This document shows positions 24,805 through 36,946 of a DNA stretch of 64,000 bases, piece by piece. The notes below the pieces were generated by a model. The model had not been told where the DNA came from, searched no databases, and saw nothing but the letters and a program-made list of their open reading frames with translations. Location: assembly GCF_006345805.1 (NCBI RefSeq), contig NC_043019.1:9485360-9549359 (forward strand), written 5' to 3'. The position numbers and the translations under genes were made by a program. Position 1 is the first letter of the stretch. The number at the start of each line of letters is the position of its first letter. Source of the stretch: Octopus sinensis. Lineage: Eukaryota.

Positions 24805-26603
24805 GCCGTTATAAATTCGTATGTCTATAGACTTTACTAATTTGTGTGTGTGTGTGTGTGTATCTGTGTGTATCTGTGTGTGTGTGTGTTCTGTATGCAT
24901 TCGAAAACTGAGTTGCCGATTTTAACGTATAGGGTATCAAAAGATTCAGTAATCTTTCGGCTATTAAATAAACTTTATTTTCATTTACATATTTTCCATG
25001 TTATCTCAACAACCAGCCATAGTTATTTGAAAGATAGTGTTGTACAATGACAAGGTTTCATCTGAAAGTGACAATAGTTTCACACTTTCAGTTTGAACCA
25101 AAATTTCAAAGTGTTGCCTTACGAGAGTGACGATGTATGAATAATGAAAGTAATGTTTCTTCGAATTAGTCACATCTATACTATTGATAAAGAAAGTTGA
25201 TTATCATCTCTCTATATATAAAAGACATTTGTGTGTCACTCACTCTCTCTTTCACATGCACACATACATACAAAAAAAGATGTATGCATATGTATTTATG
25301 TACCTGTACGTGAAAGATAATGTATGTGCATCTGTGTGTGAGCGAGAGAGCGCGAGTGAGTGCTACTTACACATACATCCAAAAAAATACATATATGACA
25401 ACACACTTTCACTCACTCTCTCCTCTCTCTCTCTCGTTCTCTCTCTTTCTCTCTCATGCACACACGTCCATTTCATATACACGTACATACATCTTTCATT
25501 TTCTCCTCTCACTTTAAAGCAAATGTCGCCTTTTCACATTCTCCTCTTTCAATAAAAAGAAATAAAATAAATTTTACGGAAATTAACGAGCAATCATATG
25601 GTCCCATATAAGCGATCATATGATTGAGTTGACAACTTTGCTGCTTTAAACGAAAGAATGCCATAAAAATAACTTCCTTTCGCGCGCGCGCGCACGCACA
25701 CACACACACACACACACACACCACACACACATACACACACACACACATACACACACACACACACACACATACACACAATCACATTCTAGGTAAATCTTCT
25801 GTACGAGTTATGTTATTTCGTGCTGTGTACACGCGTAAAATTACAGCTCAAATCCAATTGAAATGACATATTTGTATTCTGTAATTCGTGCTTGTGATGA
25901 GCGTATTATCATAACCTGATCTTCGATGTAAGCTTAAATGAAGTTTTCCCAGAAATCTTGTCCTTTACCTGTTGTTTCTAGCATGTCCGAGGTGATATTT
26001 GCACCCCCACCCCATTTATTTCCTAAATTTCTTCCGATTCCTATGTTTTCGATACAGGAGATTAGGATTTCGCCCAAAAAACACGTTCTCAATATTTTCT
26101 CCCTCCCCACCCCAGTTGCTTCATTTTTACCTTTTACCAAATTTTTTTCTTGGTAATCCACGGAGAAAAAAAAAACAGAGAGTACAAATCTTTAAGAATT
26201 TTCTCTTTTTTCTTAAAGAAACACTAAAAATCTCCTTCCCAAACATCCACCTATCACCCCACTACAAACTCCCAATGTATCACTTTTAGCTTTTTGGAAA
26301 GTGGGGAAGCTTCTGCAGAAATAATGTTGTTTACCTGTTGTTTCTAACATGTCGGGTTCTCTGGTGGTGGTCTGGTATTTTTTATGTCTGCTCTTTCAGT
26401 AGAACAGAAAGCACTTTCATGCAAACCCATGCAAATTGTACCCTCCCCACCCTTTGCTTTTAAACAAACAATAACTTCCATTACGCCAGTAATCCAGTTC
26501 GCTTTATATCAGCTGTGGCCGATTCTGCTCATAAGAATGGAACAAATAATACAATGTGGCAACGTCGGGATGCATTGCTAGAGTGTATGTGTGTGTGTGT
26601 GTG

Positions 26604-26647
<44 letters not shown>

Positions 26648-26653
26648 CAAATA

Positions 26654-26695
<42 letters not shown>

Positions 26696-27212
26696 GCATG
26701 TATACATACATATATGTACATACTTATGTATACACATGCATATATGGGTACAAGCCGTCATAGAACGTAAACAACATGAAATGCGAGGTACGAAAACATG
26801 GAATACAAATTTTTTTATTGTTTTTGTGAACAACGAAAGAAACAAATGGAAAACAAGACCAGCAACATAAAGACCGACCCTTCATCAGTCGTCGGCTGTT
26901 ATAGAGACAGACAGACAGACAGAGAGAGAGAGGCGGGTCACAGGTTTATATTGAACACTTTATTAAACAGCAGTTTCTTTAATTTCGTCACACATATGTT
27001 ACCTTTTTTTGTCACAGTTAATGCCAGGGAACATTGTGACTGATGTTGACAAATGAAATACTAAGAAAAACCACAAAGCACAGCCATTACGATCGGTTCT
27101 TTATTGATTGATTGATTGATTTTCGGAAGGACCCTCGAAAAATACATCCTTGTCCTCCCCAATACAGTGTCACGTCAAAACATCAAGTGAAGCAAGCAAT
27201 TTGTGTGTGTGT

Positions 27213-27386
27213 GTATGCATATATGTAAGTGTGTGCGTATGTATGCATATATGTAAGTGTGTGTGTATGTATGCATATATGTAAGTGTGTGCGTATGTAT
27301 GCATATATGTAAGTGTGTGTGTATGTATGCATATATGTAAGTGTGTGTGTATGTATGCATATATGTAAGTGTGTGTGTATGTATGC
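27213..27386. repeat. 28-bp minisatellite, six units (gtatgcatatatgtaagtgtgtgYgtat)
   Basis: Directly visible; no spacers. Confidence 0.95.
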
Positions 27387-27876
27387 AGGGACGAATACAT
27401 ATTCACACACACACATTATGGGATGCGACTGTTAAGCAACCTGTATTAAAAGCAAGACTGCGGTCTGCGTATTTCCTGATGAGTTCTGTCCACTCTGCTA
27501 AAGGTTTCGACATCGTTTCTTAAACCATTGAACCGTCATCTTTGGGATAAAAGGCTGGCTATTTCTACTTTTGCAACAACGCCGAAACTGGATCGGCACA
27601 AACACCGGACTCGAATGTCTGTATGTACACACACACACACACACACACACGTATTGCCTATGAGAAGAGAAATGGGGCAAATTGTATATCTATATGTACG
27701 TAGGCGAATGTATGTCCGAGTGTCTGTTTGTATGTGTTTGTGTGTGCACACCTGTGAATCTGATTATATACACGTGTGTGTGTGTGTGTGTGTATGTTTC
27801 TAGATATATGTATGTACAAAAAATTGTATGTATATATAAATACATATATGTATGTTTTTCTAGTTTAATGTGTGTG

Positions 27877-27931
<55 letters not shown>

Positions 27932-28373
27932 ATGTATGTATGCATGCCATACATTATCAAACGTTCCCACGCCTATAGAAGCCTACAGCTGAATCTATAA
28001 GTCCATATCTTTATATAAATATATTCATATTTAGAAACCCGCAGACTACCAACACACATGCATCCAAACACATTTTGTGTGTGTGTTCGCGTGCGCATGT
28101 GCTAGTATGCGTGCAAATAATTATGGCATGCATGCATATAAGTTCATATATGTAGATAGAAAGATAGATGTATATGTGCATACATACATACATACATACA
28201 TACATACATGTATGTACTTATGGATGTATGTATGTATGTATAAATGAACTTGGTAAGTAAATATTCGTATCGTATATGCACATAAACGTTTTTACAGCTG
28301 TATGTCAGTTGTAAGGGTATATAATTCGTCATATAAAAATCTAGCATTTTTATGTATATAACACACGCACACG

Positions 28374-28408
<35 letters not shown>

Positions 28409-28570
28409 CACATATATATGTAAATATTTGCATACATGCGTATATTTTACACCCATTTAAAAATGTGTGCGCCTTACACCCTTGGGTATAACGCACACAC
28501 ATGCACACACATACGTATGCACACGCGCATAAACACATGCACACACACACATACACACGCATGGACATAC

Positions 28571-28662
28571 GTAAACAAAATTAGAAGTTTCTTCCGTCTC
28601 TATGTCGTCGTGCGAGAAGTTTTGGGACCATTCCATAAGGACTTGGAACTGCCTTCCAATGG
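28571..28662 (-). CDS. Candidate 92-nt exon, product unknown
   Basis: Acceptor cttctttcaatttctaag|, donor tac|gtatgt; phase 1 to 0 reading IGRQFQVLMEWSQNFSHDDIETEETSNFVY. Confidence 0.2.
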
Positions 28663-29371
28663 CTTAGAAATTGAAAGAAGTTTAACTTTACGAATAAATT
28701 CAACTTTTGCGGATCAAATGTACCACCAGTCTCACCGGGGTCTGGTTAATTGTGTGTGTGTGTGTGTGTGTGTGTTTCAATGAGCACATAACCAGCTTTC
28801 CGTCCTTCCAGTTCTCAACATTGTCTGCATATATGAGGTGTGTTGGTCATTTCAAAGGAGAGCAAGGGGTCCCTCCCCACCACAGCTGAGCACAGGCGAC
28901 GAAGAAAGATAAAAGAGACAGCTCCAGTACTTGGTTGATACTTTGCTACTTCATATACCTGTCCCGAATGAATGAATGGTATAGCTGTCTTTGACCGGAT
29001 TTGAACTTAGATCATTGGAGGCAGGAACCAGCATCGCAAGGCATTCTATTCCACGCTCTCTCTCCCCCTCTCTCTCTATATATAGGGGGGGATGCGGGCG
29101 CTTGCATACATACATATATCTGATATACAAAAGCGTACCCCTCCCACACACTTGCTCTGATACATTCTGGGTTTCTTGTTTCGCTCTGCGGCTGTCATTT
29201 CCTCCCAGCCTGAAACGAGGGTCGACTGAAATAGGATTTATATTTCGAAAGAATTTCACTAAACTTAATTAAAGCCAACCATTTAATTAATTGATTCGCT
29301 TCTTACCACTCGCCATGTCTTTCAAATATTTCCACCATGCAAAGAACTCTTTTTCTTTCTCTCTCTGCCAC

Positions 29372-29452
<81 letters not shown>

Positions 29453-29629
29453 ATATCTATCTATCTACCTGTCAGTCTGTCTGTCTCTTTATAGTATTTC
29501 TTTTCAGCAGACTTTTATTTATTTATTGTCGCCCACCGCCACAACCAACCCCTCAGATTATTCGTCTTCCGGTTTCAACTCGATATTAACTGGTCTGCCG
29601 AAATAGGAAAGTGATAGCTTGTTGTTGTT

Positions 29630-29815
29630 GTTGTTGCTAGTGGTTGTAAGCTTGTTGTTGTTGCATTGATGTTGTCTATCTGAAAGTGAACCTAGATCCA
29701 GCAGACCTCGGCTCAAAGACGTTTCAACCGCGACCATCGCATCTTTTAATCTAACATTTGGGTGCGATTTGAGTGAGATTTGGCATCTATTTCTAACCAC
29801 GTGGAGGCTCCCTAT
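29630..29815 (-). mobile_element. Repeat family D copy with (TTG)n tail
   Basis: cagacctcggctcaaagacgtttcaaccgcgaccatc...gatttgagtgagatttggcatctatttcta. Confidence 0.6.
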
Positions 29816-29924
29816 TTGCCTTTTTAAAAGTTAGATCGCTATTGTTGTTGTTTATCGCCAAAATTGTTAATAAGCAAATCCAATAGGCCCAAGTTACGTG
29901 GGATGTTAATGTAGCAAAGAAAAG

Positions 29925-30085
29925 TATTGGGCACAGGGGTGGGGGAGTAAGTCGATGGCATCGACCCCAGTACTCAACTGGTACTTATTTTTGTCGACTG
30001 CAAAAGGATGAAAAGCAAAGACGACCTAGGCGGCATTTGAACTCAGAACATAAACACGGGCGAAATGTCGCTAAACATTTTGGAA
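29925..30085 (-). mobile_element. SINE family A
   Basis: gtcgatggcatcgaccccagtactcaactggtacttattttt...ggcggcatttgaactcagaac. Confidence 0.8.
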
Positions 30086-30835
30086 TAAAATAAGGAATAT
30101 AGGGAAGAAAAACCCCAACCAGGAAGACCCATGGATTCGTGTCTCCTACATCTTATTTATGTTTTGATGCGTAAACTGTTAGATCTTCATAACATTGCTA
30201 CCATTATTTTAAAAAATGTGGATTATGTCGTTGATTTTGTTCCATAGATAATCCTGTTGAATGCGTAAATGCACGGTCATAAAATTTTTTTTAAAAAACT
30301 ATTTATTCTGCCACAATTAATAATTTAATTAATTCTGTGCAAATGGTAATCCCTTGATACGGAACTTGATGTCGGCAAGTTTTGATGGTTTGTTTTCTGT
30401 TTTTCAAAAGAAAGAACTTGGAAGTGTTGGACACAAATATCTTTACGATATTTTCATTTCGTTGTTTCATGTTTTGGGTTAAAATCCCGCTCCCTTCCAG
30501 CTCCACTTTCATGTTGCATCCTTTTGGGATCGATGCAATAATTTCATTTCCAGTCAATTACTGAGAACAATTTTATCAACCAAACGCCACCACCATTCCG
30601 CCAGAAATGCATGACATTGCGCCAGGGTAAAAAAAAAAACCATCATCATCGGCTTAAGAGAATTGTTACTAGGAGTTTCACGTCACCGATTATTCAAACG
30701 ATTGATTTCGTGTGTATATGTACACGCACATATGTGTGTGTGTGTGTATGTATATATATATATATAGATATTGTTATATTTCGGAATGGTCATATTGCCA
30801 GTTTAGCCAATAAATCTTGCACAACAAATATTTAA

Positions 30836-30838
30836 ACG

Positions 30839-30873
<35 letters not shown>

Positions 30874-31104
30874 ATGTATGTATATATATATATGTATGTA
30901 TATATGTATATATGTATGTGTGTATGTATGTATATATATATATGTATGTATATATGTATATATGTATGTGTGTATGTATGTATATATATATATGTATGTA
31001 TATATGTATATATGTATGTATGTATATGTATGTATATATGTATACATGTATATGTATGTATATATGTATACATGTATATGTACATGTATATGTATATATA
31101 TATA

Positions 31105-31154
<50 letters not shown>

Positions 31155-31331
31155 ATATATATATGTATGTATGTATATGTATATATGTATGTATGTATAT
31201 GTATACATGTATATGTATGTATATATGTATACATGTATGTATGTATATATGTATACATGTATATGTATGTATATATGTATACATGTATATGTATGTATAT
31301 ATGTATACATGTATATGTACATGTATATGTA

Positions 31332-31385
<54 letters not shown>
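30836..31385. repeat. Complex (TA)/(TATG) satellite with higher-order 50-bp unit
   Basis: Exact 50-bp unit at 30861, 30911 and 30961; source of the YI/CIY ORFs. Confidence 0.95.
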
Positions 31386-31386
<1 letters not shown>

Positions 31387-31624
31387 ACACGCGCTCACAC
31401 ACATATGCTTGTATGTATCAGCATATGTATGTGTCCATCCACGCACATATGACATATGTATCTAGTGTCAGCAATAAATATATAGAACCCAATTTAAAAT
31501 CTCAACAAGTCATTCGCAGCATATTTACTCAGACTCGTTGTACACACCCCACTCTAACTCGCTAACACACATTCCTACACACACAAAAACTAGTTTACAT
31601 ATACACACAGACTTATGTATCAAA

Positions 31625-32787
31625 CACACACATAAATATATATTCACTGTGCACTCACAAAAACACTCACCCACACAAATCGACTCCTCATACAACTACC
31701 CTCCTCACACATTCGTGTATGTGTGTGTGTGTGTGTGTGCAAATCTCTTTCTCTCTATATATATCTATGTGTGTGTGTGTGCACAGACATACGTATATGA
31801 AATCAGCATTTATTATACACACCATTTCTCTACACACCTGTTTACTATTTACTTTCACAACAAACCCTTCAGAACTGGCGATTAGTTACTCATTAAATCA
31901 CACTTGCTTTCTTCTCTCCACATCAATGGCACATCGCATAAAAGAGAAGATGGATCTCATTCACCGCTCTCTCTCTCTCATCTTTTTCTGGTCCCTTTCT
32001 GTGCGCTCGGGTGCTTCTGTTTCTCCTTCATTCTCTATCTCTCCATCTCTGCTTCATCCTCCTCACACATGTAATTTTATTTACAAATCTTTTTCGATGT
32101 ATATGTCATCATTTCCGTTTGTCTCTCTTCTGCTTTTCGAAGTTTCCCCCGGTTCCTACGAATATATATCTTTCTCTCGTCACTGTCGCTGGTTCAATCT
32201 CTCACACACATAAATATATATTCACTGTGCACTCACAAAAACACTCACCCACACAAATCGACTCCTCATACAACTACCCTCCTCACACATTCGTGTATGT
32301 GTGTGTGTGTGTGTGTGCAAATCTCTTTCTCTCTATATATATCTATGTGTGTGTGTGTGCACAGACATACGTATATGAAATCAGCATTTATTATACACAC
32401 CATTTCTCTACACACCTGTTTACTATTTACTTTCACAACAAACCCTTCAGAACTGGCGATTAGTTACTCATTAAATCACACTTGCTTTCTTCTCTCCACA
32501 TCAATGGCACATCGCATAAAAGAGAAGATGGATCTCATTCACCGCTCTCTCTCTCTCATCTTTTTCTGGTCCCTTTCTGTGCGCTCGGGTGCTTCTGTTT
32601 CTCCTTCATTCTCTATCTCTCCATCTCTGCTTCATCCTCCTCACACATGTAATTTTATTTACAAATCTTTTTCGATGTATATGTCATCATTTCCGTTTGT
32701 CTCTCTTCTGCTTTTCGAAGTTTCCCCCGGTTCCTACGAATATATATCTTTCTCTCGTCACTGTCGCTGGTTCAATCTCTCACACAC

Positions 32788-32798
<11 letters not shown>
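31625..32798. repeat. Tandem duplication, 578-bp unit
   Basis: Identical ORFs at 31719-32213 and 32297-32791; junction motif cacacacataaatatata at 31625, 32203 and 32781. Confidence 0.95.
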
Positions 32799-32825
<27 letters not shown>

Positions 32826-33269
32826 GCATGTCTCCAGTCACAATCCCTCAGATTTTGTATGTTTGGAGAGAGAGAGAGAGAGAGAGAGAGTATGAATATA
32901 TTATCAATGAGTGTGTAATATCAACAGGTTCATACATACATACTCTCTCTATCCCCCCTCCCCCCTCTCTCTTTCAGACACACACACAACACGGTTACAC
33001 TCTTATAACCACTCATACTCGCACACGCAATATACTGACTTACACAAGTGCGCGCACACATATACACGCGCGCATAATATTTTATTCGTAAATAATACCC
33101 AAAGGAGTGACTCGTGGACCCAAAACTTCGTTCCAAAGCACTTATCCCTAAATGGTTTTTGGCACTTACCAAAGTTTCATCAGTGCTTAATCGATAAGTG
33201 TTTGATAAGTGGTTTGGGACGAAACTCAAAGCACTTGAGTAACTCCTCTAATATTTGCAGCTTGAGCAA

Positions 33270-33395
33270 TTTTAGTCGAATGAATCGATTCTTGTACTTC
33301 TTTTTAAAGCCTGGTACTTATTCTATCGGTCTCTTTTGCCGAACCACAAAGTTACAAGGACATAAGCACTCTAACACCGATTGTCAAGCGGGGTT

Positions 33396-33456
<61 letters not shown>

Positions 33457-33605
33457 GATGGGTTTCTTTCAGTTTCTGTTTGACAAATCTACTCACAAGA
33501 TTTTGGTCGGTCCAAGACTATAGTAAAAGGCATTTGCCTAAGGTACTATGCAGTGGAAATGAACCCGGAACCATGTGGTTGAGGCGCAAACTTTTTATCA
33601 CATAA
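33270..33605 (-). mobile_element. SINE family B
   Basis: ctggtacttattctatcggtctcttttgccgaacc...aaatctactcacaag...gaacccggaaccatgtggttg. Confidence 0.85.
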
Positions 33606-33633
33606 GCGCATGAGCGGTTATGTGATAATATAT

Positions 33634-33838
33634 AGCACGCCGGGCGAAATGCGTAGCTGTATTTCGTCTGTCGTCACGTTCCGAGTTCAAATTCCGCCGA
33701 GGTCGACTTTGCCTTTCATCCTTTCGGGGTCGATAAATTAAGTACCAGTTACACACTGGGGTCGATATAATCGACTTAATCCGTTCGTCTGTCCTTGTTT
33801 GTCCCGTCTGTGTTTAGCCCCTTGTGGGTAGTAAAGAA

Positions 33839-33840
<2 letters not shown>
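33634..33840 (+). mobile_element. SINE family A, well-preserved CpG-rich copy
   Basis: agcacgccgggcgaaatgcgtagc...gagttcaaattccgccgaggtcgactttgcctttcatcctttcggggtcgataaattaagtaccag. Confidence 0.9.
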
Positions 33841-33876
<36 letters not shown>

Positions 33877-34375
33877 TCCCTCTCTCTCGGATTAACAATC
33901 CTATCAATGATTTCGTATGGGAAGAATTTCTAACGATTCACTTTGAAACGTTGGTAATCGCTTCCATTTTGGACGAGCTTCCACGAGTCTCTGCGTGTTT
34001 TCAAAATTAATGTTTACACAATTAAGAGTAGGCAACGTTCTAGGAACTTTGTTATTTCTCTTGCATCAGGCATACTATACACGCACGCATGTATGCTTGC
34101 CTACGCACACACACACACACGCACATATATATATATCTGAGAGAGAGACAGACCGAGAAAGACACAGTGAGGATTATGTATGATAAACGCAAATCTGTAC
34201 TATTTGTTGCCAATGCACTTTACACCATTGCAGCTATTTGCATTCTCTGCAGCGGGTGTTTGTATTGTAATTAGATGAAGATCTACAACAGGTCTTCAGG
34301 GGAAATGCTTTGTTACATTATGTTGACACATATTTGGAGGTTAAGCGAGAGATTGAAAGCCGAACATATACTTAC

Positions 34376-34390
34376 GTTCCAGATCAACGT
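34376..34390 (-). other. Candidate 15-nt microexon
   Basis: Acceptor tcttccgatctgcag|, donor aac|gtaagt; phase-1 reading xVDLE. Confidence 0.2.
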
Positions 34391-35049
34391 CTGCAGATCG
34401 GAAGATTACTTGCAATGTGGAATAAAGACACGAGAACTTGGTGCGAGTTGAATCCAGGTATCTTCGTAGACCTATATTCACTGGTTAATAATTCTTAATT
34501 CACTAACCCGCGATTAAATTTTAGCCATATTTTTTTAACTCGGCGAGGGCATAAATGCGTAGCTTAGAGGTTTGCAGTCACGTTAGTTGCCAGTCCCCCC
34601 TCGTTAGTGCTATTGAATACAGGTAAAATGCAGGAGCTCGTTTTATGCGTGCTTGCGTGTTTTACACTGGGGTGAAGCATTATCTGGTAGAAAATACAAA
34701 TAAAGGTATTGTCAAGTAAATATTCTGTTCTGAGTGGTAATGGTTACCTATATGTTTCATCCTGACAATTAATCTCTACCCTATTCTAAACAGTTGTTTA
34801 AAAAAACCATCCACAGATGACGATGCTGATAATTACACACAAATGGACATGGCTCTAGTGGGACACTGGCACCACATCTTGTCATCAATGTTCAATGATT
34901 TTACTCCCACGTGTACAATGCCTATTCTTAACAAAGGAGTGCAGCTTTCAACAAAGTGATGGAGTGATGGCGGCGTGATGAAGGTGAATAAATCAGGCGA
35001 GATTTTGAAATAATCTTTCAACTTCGTGTGTGTGTGGGGTGGGTGGGGG

Positions 35050-35520
35050 GTGGACAGTTATATTTGGATGAATGATGTTCGTTCATGCGTTCAATGAATG
35101 ATCTCTGGATATTTATTTGAAAACACATCGATTGAATGCAACAATTCTTTCTTTTAAGAATCGCACAATTTAACTTGGCTGTGAAAAGTAAACAAAGTGT
35201 TTACACTGCTGAAATTATGTCCAGAGTGGAGAGGAGGGAAGTATTCGCCTGTAGTGGTTTATACTGGGCACAAACGTACTCTTCGTAATTTCTTTAAAAA
35301 ATGTGCCTCTTATATATGTGTATATGATCTCCATGGAATCTGTGATCTTCTTGAAATATGTAATGCGGTAATAATGTTTGTTCATAGCAGTAAAACCCTT
35401 GTAATTTGATCGAAGATGTCAAAGTGTGTTTGGTATAATTAGTAAAACGGTCAACCGAAATGCAACAAATACTGGTTTCCAATTTCAAGGAACCATGCGA
35501 GATCCATTTTTTTCTCAGAA
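35050..35520 (-). pseudogene. Possible hAT-transposase relic
   Basis: Degenerate ICCISVDRFTNY...KLQG loosely resembles the hAT LAYLxDIFxxLNxxNLxLQG motif. Confidence 0.2.
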
Positions 35521-35809
35521 TGTTGCATACAAAGAATACTTGTAGTAAATTTTATTCATTCAGTCGCCAAGCACGATCTTTCAGAAAACAAAATCTTTAC
35601 ATATTTATATATAAACGTATGTGTGTGTGTGTGTAATATTGGTAGAGAAAAAAAAAAAGCAAATAGAAACGTACACATAATGAAGGATCATATAGCACCC
35701 ATTTTTAGTGTTTATAGTTTTCTGTTTCATTTTTCATGTCTTTCAACCAAGGACTTCCATTAAAGTCTTGCGTTGCATAATGAGTTTCTTTTGCACACAC
35801 ACATAGTTT

Positions 35810-36395
35810 CTCTTACTTACTTCAGTCCAATGACTGCGGCCATGCTGGAGCACTGCCTGCAAGGATTTTATTCGAACAAATCGACCCCAGAACTTATTTT
35901 TTAAGCCTCGTATTTTATCGCTGTCTTTTGACAAACCGCTAAGTTGTGGAGACGTAAAAACACCAACACCGGTTGTCAAGTGGTGATAGAGCTGGATCTG
36001 GATAACATAGACAAAATGACACACCCATAGATATATGCAAGTTAGTGACTCCTTCATAGAGTAACTGTTGCATTTGTTTCTCAGGAGGCTGTCAGAATGG
36101 TGTAGACGCCTCAGACGAGAACCCAAAAAGGTTCGAAAATCGATTCAGGTTGTTCATAATTTTTTCCAGTCTGTGGAGAAATGGCTAAAATCTGCCTTGT
36201 TTATAATTATTCCACACACACACACACACACATTAATACACGCACACGACGAGCTTCTTTCAATTTTCATCCACTATATCCACTCACAAGGCTTTGGGTG
36301 GCCCAGAACTATTGTAGAAGCCACATGTCCAAGGAGTCCCGCAGTGAGACCAAACCCGCAGTCATGTGGTTGGAAAATAAACTTATTTGCAGCTA
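35810..36395 (-). mobile_element. SINE family B in two pieces (3' part 35810-35995, 5' part 36255-36395)
   Basis: gactgcggccatgctggagcactgcc...gtcaagtggtg and atccactcacaaggctttgg...catgtggttgg. Confidence 0.8.
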
Positions 36396-36799
36396 ATGAA
36401 ATGACCATCCAAGGCCGGCCTGGGCAACCTCTTCCAAGCTGTAGGTTTTATATATTTACTCACCTCAAATCTGTGCACACAATCAGAAGAATTTCACAAA
36501 TATGGAATCTAGTACATGTAGAATACCCCCATATATTACAGGAAAGAAGGAATTGAGTGAAATAGAATAAATAACGAAGTTTGAAGTTTATCTTTCCATC
36601 AACAGCAAAAAGAAAGGAATCAATTTGACTAGTTTCTCAGTGTTGTTAGACTTTCGCCAGAGAAACAATACCCACCTGTCTACGGAGAGATTCTAAGCTT
36701 TTAGTATGTTCTGTCAACGGTATACTTTCGAGTGTGCTTCTTTTCTGGATGTCTGATACATTGACGATCCATCCGCGACCCGGACACAGAGTGTCTTAC

Positions 36800-36946
36800 G
36801 TGGTTTATGTTTGAAAGCTGCACCGATGCTTCGCGCTTCTACAAATTCACGATTGCCACGAACTCTCGGATAAAATGGAACGTTAAGACATTGGTTATTC
36901 TGCAGAGAATATTCCAACACCGTCCAACGAGGTCGATAGGAAAATG
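36800..36946 (-). CDS. Candidate 147-nt phase-1 symmetric exon, product unknown
   Basis: Acceptor atattttctctcgcag|, donor cac|gtaaga; the only open phase gives FSYRPRWTVLEYSLQNNQCLNVPFYPRVRGNREFVEARSIGAAFKHKP with mostly A/T third positions. Confidence 0.35.

Noticed and set aside
27213-27386. CRISPR-like array (28-bp repeats)
   Set aside because: Units are contiguous with no unique spacers, in a eukaryotic context with no cas genes
27476-27540. Second hammerhead at ctgatgagttc
   Set aside because: No stem II or GAAA at a compatible distance
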